DNA of 32,000 bases from Gemmata obscuriglobus. Lineage in GTDB: Bacteria > Planctomycetota > Planctomycetia > Gemmatales > Gemmataceae. The DNA is taken from NCBI RefSeq assembly GCF_008065095.1, contig NZ_CP042911.1, forward strand, positions 8,190,001 through 8,222,000, given 5' to 3'. The position numbers and the translations under genes are program-made. A model generated the notes under the pieces. It saw nothing but the letters and a program-made list of their open reading frames with translations. It searched no databases and was not told the DNA's origin. This document shows, piece by piece, positions 1 to 6,690 of this stretch (positions are counted from its first letter, which is position 1; each line of letters starts with the position of its first letter).

Positions 1-831
1 ACGCTGTCCAGCGACCAACTCTCCGAGGAATACAACCGGGCGCGGGGCGAGTGGCTCGAACAGAACATGCTCATCGGTGAATACAACAAGCAGATTCAGT
101 CGTCGCCCCCCGAGGCCGACAAGCGACGGATCGAGGCCGACCGGTCGGTTGCGGAGGGTCGGCGCGATAAGGCGCGGGGCGACATGGAAGCCCTGGACCA
201 GCAGTACAACCGGGTCAGCACCGACCCGTCCGCGAAGGGCCAGGCGCACGGCCGCGGTCCCGGGTTCTTCCGGGCCAACGCCCCGGACTTCGGCTCGCTG
301 GCCCGCGCCGGCGGGGACCAGTGGACCGTCCTCAACAACGACAACCGCGAGAGCCTGCTCGGGCGCACCATGCGGCCCAACGAGGAGATGCTCCGGATCG
401 CCCACCTGGAAGGGCCGTGGCATCTCGAACTCAAGATCCCGCAGCGGAACGTGGGGCAGGTGCTACGGGCGTTCGCCGACCCGGCCCAGCACCTCACCGA
501 CCCCGACCGCGGCGGCCGCAAGTACCTCGAGGTGGACGTGATCCTGCGGAGCCAGGCTGCCACGCAGTACAAGGGCCGGCTGTACCGCGAGGACCTGATG
601 GCCGAGGCGGTGCCGAACAAGAACGAGCACGACGAGAACGAGCCCGTCGTGACCGCCTACGTCAAACTCAACATCGACGGCATTGATCCCGACAAGTGGA
701 TCCCGCGCGAGCAGTTGACGACTGGTCTGGAAGTGAACACCCGCATCCGGTGCGGCGACCACGCCCTCGGGTACACGCTGTTCCACGGCGTGTGGGAGTG
801 GTTCTACGAGAAGGTGATCTTCTTCTTCTAA
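1..831 (+). CDS. HlyD/membrane-fusion-protein-like periplasmic adaptor, C-terminal part (5' end outside window)
   Basis: Frame 1 is open from base 1, with no stop before the first listed Met at 67; stop at 829-831. A charged coiled-coil-like segment (EADKRRIEADRSVAEGRRDKARGDMEALDQQY) is followed by adaptor beta-barrel-type strands: WHLELKIPQRNVGQVLRAF, YKGRLYRED, VVTAYVKLN, GLEVNTRIRCG. GC3 is high. Confidence 0.6.
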   Translation, partial: TLSSDQLSEEYNRARGEWLEQNMLIGEYNKQIQSSPPEADKRRIEADRSVAEGRRDKARGDMEALDQQYNRVSTDPSAKGQAHGRGPGFFRANAPDFGSLARAGGDQWTVLNNDNRESLLGRTMRPNEEMLRIAHLEGPWHLELKIPQRNVGQVLRAFADPAQHLTDPDRGGRKYLEVDVILRSQAATQYKGRLYREDLMAEAVPNKNEHDENEPVVTAYVKLNIDGIDPDKWIPREQLTTGLEVNTRIRCGDHALGYTLFHGVWEWFYEKVIFFF

Positions 832-1000
832 CCGTTCCGGGTTCTAGACTCCGGGCTGAAGAGGGACGGCTTCGCGCTTCGACCCGGAGCGGAAGTCTGG
901 AACTCGCGACAACCCGCCTTCCGGCCCGACTGGCGAGCGCCAGGGCACCGGTGGCCCCAGGTCACAACCCCTTACGGTCCCAGTAAAAGAGGACAACGTC

Positions 1001-3073
1001 ATGCGTTCTCGCGTTCTCGCGTTCTCGCTCCTGTCGGCCGCGCTCGGCGGCCTACTCATCGGTTGTAGCCCCAAAAATACCAGTCCGGGCGGCAAAAACG
1101 GCCCCACGGACCCGCCGGCGCCGGTCGACCCCGGTAGCCCGCTCTGGGTCCCCGCGCCGCTGCCGGCCTCTGTCGCGGGCGTCGTCCGCGGCGAACCGCT
1201 GGTGGTTCCCAACTGCGTTGTCCAGTACGACGAGCGGCAGATCGTTTCGGCCGAGGTGGACGGCACCATTGAGCTTCTCGCCACGCCGTACACGCCGGGC
1301 GAACTGAAAGCTCTGATGGACGACCCGAAGCTCACCGAGCAGCAGAAGCGGGACCGCATCCTGTACCACCCGCGCGACACCGGGAACCCCAAGAAGCCGC
1401 TCAAGCGCATCCGCGAGAGCATGCCGGTTGAGGCGCGACAGATCGTCGCGTTCATGGACGACCAACTCGTCAGCGCCCGCATGGAGGGCGCGAAGCAGAT
1501 TAAAGACTCCGCGGTCAGCGCGAAGAAGAACTCGGAGGAGGGGGTCAAGGCGGCGGACGAGAAACTCCGCGTGACCGAGAAAACGATGGGGATCGCCGGC
1601 TCCCAGCGCGAGCGGCTCGACGACCTCATCACCCTGACGCGGTTCCGCGAGAACCAGGACCAAGCGGTCAGCCAGATCGCCAAGTCCGACGCGGACTACA
1701 AGGAAGCGGTGGTGCTGATGGGCCGGCACCAGATCCGGAGCGGGGTGAACGGCACCATCCGTACCATCGCCAAGCGGCCGGGCGAGTACGTGAAGGCCGG
1801 CGACAAGATCATGGAGATCGAGGGCACTGATAAGGTGCGGATCGAGGGCCAGCTCGACGTGCAGTACATCCGCGCGGTGCGGATCGGCATGGAGGTGATC
1901 GTCGAGCCGGCGCTGCCCAGCGCGCCGGAGGCGTCGCACAGCGGCCACCGGCAGGCGGTCACGGGGGTCACGGTCACCGCGCACCCCGACGGCCCGCTCG
2001 TCGTCTCGGTGGGGGCCGACGGCGCGGCCCTGGTGTGGGACCCGCCGCTGGCGAGCAAGAACGCGAACACCGCGGTGTCGGTGCCCCACAACCTGCCGCA
2101 CCCGGTCGGGGTGAAGAGCGTGGCGACCGCCACCGCCGCCGCCCGGACCGTGCTGGTCATCACCGGCGGCGACGACGGCAAGGTACGCGTGTGGGACGTG
2201 ACCAACCGCAAGCAGCTCCCGACCGCGCCGAAGGTGGTGGCCGAGGACGCGCACACGTCCGCGGTGCAGGCCATCGCGGTCAGCCCGGACGGCAAGTACT
2301 TCGCCACCGCCGCCGGCCGCGACGTGTTCGTGTGGGACCTGACCACCGTCAAAAAGATGTACGCGCTGCCGCTGGAGCACCGCGACTCGGTCACCGCGAT
2401 CAACTTCACCCCGCAGTGCACGCTGGTCACCGCCTCGAAGGACAACACCCTGAAGGTGTGGAAGGTTGGCGACAAGGGCGCGGCCGTGGCCCGCACCCTG
2501 GACCACCGGGCCGGTGCGGTCGACGTGCTGGGGGTGAGCAGCGACGGCGCCCGCGTGCTGTTCGACCAGGACAAGGGCCGGCTCGACCTCGTGGACCCGT
2601 CGAACGGGCAGACGGTGGGCCAGATCCAGAACATGGGCTCGGCCGGCGCGTTCTCGACGCTAGCGGTGTTCGAGCCCAACGCCGACGGCGCGAAGGGCGA
2701 CCCGAACCGGCCGCACCTCCTGGCGACCGCGGGCGGGGACGGCGACCTGAAGGGGACGGTGCAGGTGTGGCAGGCGCCGCGGAGCGGGCGCGGCTCGGAA
2801 GTCGGGCGGCTCATCACCCCGGGCCGGGTGCCGGTGACCACGGCCGCGTTCAGCCCGGTCCGCGGCGAGCGGTTCCTGGCTGTGGGCACCAGCAGCGGCG
2901 CGATCCACCTGTGGAAGCCGCCGTCCGAGGCCCGCAAGACTCACACCGGCCGCATCGTCAACATCGACGCCACCGACGCCCGGTACGTCACGGTGCGGGT
3001 GGAACTGGACAACCGCGAGCTGCAACTGATCGACCACAGCATCGCGAACGTGATCATCCCGTCCGACAAGTGA
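1001..3073 (+). CDS. Lipoprotein: HlyD-type adaptor with an internal seven-repeat WD40 beta-propeller
   Basis: ATG at 1001 is preceded by AGAGGA. Lipoprotein signal with lipobox LLIGC. Adaptor lipoyl halves are IVSAEVDGTIELL and IRSGVNGTIRTIAKRPGEYVKAGDKIMEI, separated by a long charged helical hairpin. Seven WD-like units end in VWD, VWDV, VWDL, KVWKV, LDLVD, VQVWQA and IHLWKP. The C-terminal strand TGRIVNIDATDARYVTVRVELDN...IANVIIP resembles the end of the adaptor barrel. Confidence 0.8.
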   Translation: MRSRVLAFSLLSAALGGLLIGCSPKNTSPGGKNGPTDPPAPVDPGSPLWVPAPLPASVAGVVRGEPLVVPNCVVQYDERQIVSAEVDGTIELLATPYTPGELKALMDDPKLTEQQKRDRILYHPRDTGNPKKPLKRIRESMPVEARQIVAFMDDQLVSARMEGAKQIKDSAVSAKKNSEEGVKAADEKLRVTEKTMGIAGSQRERLDDLITLTRFRENQDQAVSQIAKSDADYKEAVVLMGRHQIRSGVNGTIRTIAKRPGEYVKAGDKIMEIEGTDKVRIEGQLDVQYIRAVRIGMEVIVEPALPSAPEASHSGHRQAVTGVTVTAHPDGPLVVSVGADGAALVWDPPLASKNANTAVSVPHNLPHPVGVKSVATATAAARTVLVITGGDDGKVRVWDVTNRKQLPTAPKVVAEDAHTSAVQAIAVSPDGKYFATAAGRDVFVWDLTTVKKMYALPLEHRDSVTAINFTPQCTLVTASKDNTLKVWKVGDKGAAVARTLDHRAGAVDVLGVSSDGARVLFDQDKGRLDLVDPSNGQTVGQIQNMGSAGAFSTLAVFEPNADGAKGDPNRPHLLATAGGDGDLKGTVQVWQAPRSGRGSEVGRLITPGRVPVTTAAFSPVRGERFLAVGTSSGAIHLWKPPSEARKTHTGRIVNIDATDARYVTVRVELDNRELQLIDHSIANVIIPSDK

Positions 3074-3084
3074 CGGCGTGAGTG

Positions 3085-3122
3085 CCGGGCTCCGGCGGCC
3101 GACCCGGGCCGCCGGAGCCCGG
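3085..3122 (+). terminator. Intercistronic GC-rich stem-loop (possible attenuator, terminator or mRNA-stability element)
   Basis: Perfect inverted repeat CCGGGCTCCGGCGGCC (3085-3100) / GGCCGCCGGAGCCCGG (3107-3122) with a 6-nt loop. It starts 12 nt after the stop at 3073 and is followed by the pyrimidine-rich tract gtccgttgctccccctctttcc. There is no clean U-tract. Confidence 0.4.
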
Positions 3123-3164
3123 GTCCGTTGCTCCCCCTCTTTCCACTCACACCCGCACCGACCC

Positions 3165-5432
3165 ATGGCCAACGACCTCATCGCGAACCTGAACAACCCC
3201 GCCGAGCGCCGCAAGTCGGTGCGGCTGCGGGTGCGCCCCGACCTGCAGTCGTTCGAGCAAAAGTACGAAGGGAAGACGTTCACCGTCATCAAGGACCCGG
3301 TGTGCCTGCGGTACTACCGGTTCAGCCGGCAAGAGCACTTCGTGTTCGGCCTGTTCGACGGCAAGCACACGATGGAGGAGGTGCAGGAGGCGTTCGAGGA
3401 GGAGTTCAAGCCGATGCGGCTGGAACTCGCGGACCTGGAGGGGTTCGCCCGCCAGTTGGTGACCGCGGGGCTGGTGCAGAACGAGCAGCCCGGGGCCGCC
3501 CGGCACCTGTTCGAGCGCCGCGCCAAGCAGCGCCGCATGCGGCGGCTCGCCACGGTCAGCAACATCCTGTACCTGAAGATCCCGGTCTTCGACCCGGACC
3601 GGCTGCTCACGTGGATGTACGGCTACCTGCGGTGGGTCTTCACCGCCTGGTTCTTCGCGGCCAGCGTGGGGCTGATGCTCGCCGCGATCGTGCACGTGAC
3701 GCTCCACTACAACACGTTCCAGGCGAAGCTGCCCGCGTACCAGGAGTTCTTCACCTGGAACTCGGTGCTGTACATGTGGCTGTCGCTGGGCGTGGTGAAG
3801 GTGATCCACGAGTTCGGCCACGGGCTGAGCTGTAAGGCGTTCAAGGGCGAGTGCCACGAGATGGGCGTCTTGCTCATGTGCCTCTCGCCGGCGCTGTACG
3901 CGAACGTGACCGACGCGTGGACCCTGGCGGACAAATGGAAGCGGATCATCATCAGCTTCGCCGGCATCTACGTGGAGCTGGTGATCGCGTCGATCGCCAC
4001 GTTCGTGTGGTGGTACACGCCCGCGTACCCGACCGCCAACAACATCGCGCTGTGCATCATGGTGCTGTGCTCGGTGAGCACCGTCATGTTCAACGCCAAC
4101 CCGCTGATGCGGTTCGACGGGTACTACATGCTCGCGGACTGGCTGGAGGTGCCGAACCTGCGGGAGAAGGCGAACCGGTTCCTCAACAACCTGTTCCTGT
4201 CGAAGTGCCTGGGGGTGGACGTGCCGCCGGAGGCGTACATGGCCCCGTGGCGCAAGTGGCTGTTCGTCATCTACGCGGTGGGGAGCTGGGTGTACAAGTG
4301 GGTGGTGACGTTCAGCATCCTGTGGTTCCTGGCGGACTTCATGGGACCGAAACTGAAGGTGCTGAGCCAGATGCTGGCGCTCATGTCGCTGGCGTCGGTG
4401 TTCGTGTTTCCGACCTACAAGGTGATCAAGAACATCCGTCAACGGGGGCGGTTGCCAGACATGAAAGCGGCACGAGTTTACATCACGCTCGCCGTGTTCG
4501 CGGCGTTCGTGGCGGCGTTCTTCTTCCTGCCGCTGCCCGTGAGCCGGGTGCACGAAACGGGTTTGGTCGCGATCGACCCGGAGCACCTCGAAGGGGTCAT
4601 GCTGTCCGAGCCGGCGCGGCTGGTGAAGCTGGAGGGCGCGAGCCCCGGGCAGGCGGTGCGCAAGGGGCAACTCCTGGGCACCTTTGAGAGCACGGCGCTG
4701 GAGATCGAACTGGCCAAGGCGAAAGCGGCGCGGGCGACCCAGCAGCAGACGGCCGACATGCTGAACAAGAAGGTGCTCAAGGCCCAAGGCGCCGGCGACG
4801 CCGCGAACGAGCAGCGGTTCCTGAACGAGTACGTGCGGGCCAAGGCGCAGGCCGACACCGCCGAACGGGACGTGGCCCGCCTGCTGAAGCGCCAGATCGG
4901 GGTGCGGGAGCTGCGGGCCACGCGCGACGGGACGCTCATCACCGCCCCCAAGCGCGACGAGATCGGCAAGCTGTTCGACAAGGGGTACACCGAAACGACC
5001 CCGGTGTTCTCGGTCGGCGACCCGCTGAAGCTGGTGCTCAAAGTGCCGGTGACGCCCTACGACTATCGCTTGCTCAAGGAGGACCTGACGGCGCGCAGCG
5101 AGCTGGACGTGTCGGTGTGCGTGAAGGGCCGAAGCGACCGCACATTCAGCGGCAAGGTCCACCGCGACAAGCTGCCGGCCCAGAACGCGGCGACGATACC
5201 GCTGGCCCTGAGCCAGCGGGGCGGCGGCTCGCTGGCGGTGAAGCCGAACGAAGACCCGAACCTGCTGGCGCCGCTCGCACAGGTATACCTGGTCGAGGTC
5301 GAAATGACCGACCCGGACACCGCGATCGACCCGGGGCAGCTCGTGAGCGTGAAGATCCACTCGCGGTGGCGGAGCGGGGCGTGGTGGGTGGCCCGAGAAC
5401 TGTCCAACGCGCTCGACATTGGTCTGTATTGA
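3165..5432 (+). CDS. Peptidase M50 (site-2-protease-like) membrane metalloprotease fused to a C-terminal HlyD-type adaptor domain
   Basis: HEFGH zinc motif at 3807-3821. Second M50 motif NANPLMRFDG at 4092-4121. Several hydrophobic helices surround both motifs. The C-terminal third has adaptor features: a coiled coil (LEIELAKAKAARATQQQTADMLNKK...), then LRATRDGTLITAP, LKLVLKVPVTPYDYRLL and IDPGQLVSVKI. I prefer the ATG at 3165 (MANDLIANL) over the listed start at 3078, which would run through the hairpin and almost abut the upstream stop. Confidence 0.8.
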   Translation: MANDLIANLNNPAERRKSVRLRVRPDLQSFEQKYEGKTFTVIKDPVCLRYYRFSRQEHFVFGLFDGKHTMEEVQEAFEEEFKPMRLELADLEGFARQLVTAGLVQNEQPGAARHLFERRAKQRRMRRLATVSNILYLKIPVFDPDRLLTWMYGYLRWVFTAWFFAASVGLMLAAIVHVTLHYNTFQAKLPAYQEFFTWNSVLYMWLSLGVVKVIHEFGHGLSCKAFKGECHEMGVLLMCLSPALYANVTDAWTLADKWKRIIISFAGIYVELVIASIATFVWWYTPAYPTANNIALCIMVLCSVSTVMFNANPLMRFDGYYMLADWLEVPNLREKANRFLNNLFLSKCLGVDVPPEAYMAPWRKWLFVIYAVGSWVYKWVVTFSILWFLADFMGPKLKVLSQMLALMSLASVFVFPTYKVIKNIRQRGRLPDMKAARVYITLAVFAAFVAAFFFLPLPVSRVHETGLVAIDPEHLEGVMLSEPARLVKLEGASPGQAVRKGQLLGTFESTALEIELAKAKAARATQQQTADMLNKKVLKAQGAGDAANEQRFLNEYVRAKAQADTAERDVARLLKRQIGVRELRATRDGTLITAPKRDEIGKLFDKGYTETTPVFSVGDPLKLVLKVPVTPYDYRLLKEDLTARSELDVSVCVKGRSDRTFSGKVHRDKLPAQNAATIPLALSQRGGGSLAVKPNEDPNLLAPLAQVYLVEVEMTDPDTAIDPGQLVSVKIHSRWRSGAWWVARELSNALDIGLY

Positions 5433-5449
5433 GATTGATAAAGAAGGTT

Positions 5450-5574
5450 GGCCACAAAAAAGCACAAAGGGCACAAAAGAAGACAGAAGACGAGGACGAA
5501 GAGAAGTGTTTTGAACTCACTCTTCTGTCTTTGCCTTTGGTTTCCTTTTGTGCCCTTTGTGCTTTTTTGCGGCC
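5450..5574. terminator. Long AT-rich imperfect hairpin between convergent genes (putative bidirectional terminator)
   Basis: Left arm GGCCACAAAAAAGCACAAAGGGCACAAAAG (5450-5479) pairs with CTTTTGTGCCCTTTGTGCTTTTTTGCGGCC (5545-5574) at 29 of 30 positions. Pairing continues inward (AAGACAGAAGA 5480-5490 with TCTTCTGTCTT 5521-5531). An extra partial arm copy lies at 5582-5602. U-rich tracts flank it on both strands. It sits between the stops at 5432 (+) and 5621 (-). Confidence 0.55.
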
Positions 5575-5620
5575 AATCTCTCTTCCGTCTTCTTTTGTGG
5601 CCAATCTCTTCCCAGGTCTC

Positions 5621-6526
5621 TTACAGATTGACCGTCGCGTTTTCGGGCGACCCTTGCTGCCGGCCGCGCGCCGCGGCAAGGGCGCCCGCGATCATCCCCT
5701 TCAGCGAAATCACTCGCCGCGCCGGCCAACGTAGCGCGTGAGCGTACCACCGCAGCGACGTGACCGGCTCGGCGGCGCGCATCACGAATCCGATTGTTTG
5801 ACACGTCGAGGCGTAGCCGTCCGCGATCACCTCGGCCGGCACGGTGTCGCCGACCGCGTACCGCGATTCGGCCCGGTGCATGATCGACATCGCCGTATCG
5901 ACGCGGTCGCGGAGCTTTTTCGACAGGTTCCCGTGCCCGGTGCGGTACCGCACGAGCGGCTCGTCCACGAAATCGAACCGGTGGAACTTCGAGACGCGGA
6001 GCCACAGGTCGTAATCGATCGCCAAATCCCACTGCGGGTCGAACGCGCCGACATGCGAGAGCACGTCGCGCCGCACCACCGCCGACGAGAAGCAGACGAA
6101 GTTCTGGGTGAACAGGTCGGGCAGGACCGAGCCGCGGAGCGGCTGCGTTTCGCTCTTCGCGGGCACCGGTCGGCCGTCTTCGTCCATCAACGTGCGCCGG
6201 CAGAACACCACCCCCACCTCGGGCTTCTCGGCGAACACCGCGAGTTGCTTTTCGAGCTTGGTAGGTTCCCAGGCGTCGTCGGCGTCGAGGAACGCGACCA
6301 GCGCCGCACGGCTGAGACTGATCCCGAGGTTCTTGGCCCGCGGCTGGCCGAGCGTGTCCGAGCGGAAGTACCTCACCCGCGGGTCGCTCAGGAACGGCCG
6401 CGCGACCGCGGGCGTGTGATCGGTCGAGCCGTCATCGACGATCACGAGTTCCCAATCGCCGAACGTCTGCGCGAGCACCGATTCGACCGCCTCGGGCAGG
6501 AAGCGGGCGTAGTTCTTCGCGGCCAT
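5621..6526 (-). CDS. Family 2 glycosyltransferase
   Basis: GT2 signature VSIVMAAKNYARFLPEAVESVLAQTFGDWELVIVDDGSTD, followed by FLDADD. The start is uncertain. ATG at 6526 is the conservative choice. An in-frame TTG at 6574 or the GTG at 6694 (GTGA overlap with the upstream stop) would read through repeat copy A. Confidence 0.8.
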   Translation of the reverse strand: MAAKNYARFLPEAVESVLAQTFGDWELVIVDDGSTDHTPAVARPFLSDPRVRYFRSDTLGQPRAKNLGISLSRAALVAFLDADDAWEPTKLEKQLAVFAEKPEVGVVFCRRTLMDEDGRPVPAKSETQPLRGSVLPDLFTQNFVCFSSAVVRRDVLSHVGAFDPQWDLAIDYDLWLRVSKFHRFDFVDEPLVRYRTGHGNLSKKLRDRVDTAMSIMHRAESRYAVGDTVPAEVIADGYASTCQTIGFVMRAAEPVTSLRWYAHALRWPARRVISLKGMIAGALAAARGRQQGSPENATVNL

Positions 6527-6548
6527 CACGATGGAGACGGCGGGAAAA

Positions 6549-6682
6549 CCTACCCTCCCGGCCCCCCTCCCCAAAGGGAAGGGGGAGGAAGAACCGCTAA
6601 GTACCGCTAACGTTTCCGGTGCGCCGGACGCGAGGCGCGAGGACTTCCCCCTTCCCTTCAGGGAGGGGGCGGGGGGGGTAGG
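6549..6682. repeat. G/C-homopolymer palindromic element, copy A (inverted pair of about 39-nt units)
   Basis: CCTACCCTCCCGGCCCCCCTCCCCAAAGGGAAGGGGGAG (6549-6587) is an approximate reverse complement of CTTCCCCCTTCCCTTCAGGGAGGGGGCGGGGGGGGTAGG (6644-6682). It belongs to the same family as the units at 14447-14477 and 14912-15132. Confidence 0.8.
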
Positions 6683-6690
6683 TTCCTCCG

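Noticed and set aside
3147-5474. 775-aa minus-strand ORF antisense to the M50-adaptor gene. Similar cases are 1052-2506 (-), 15166-17511 upstream half (-), 26782-29187 (-), 29724-31574 (-) and 21418-22416 (-).
   Set aside because: These are Arg/Gly/His/Pro-rich translations with no motifs, lying exactly opposite genes that have strong family signatures and high GC3. They are classic stop-codon-poor antisense frames in high-GC DNA.
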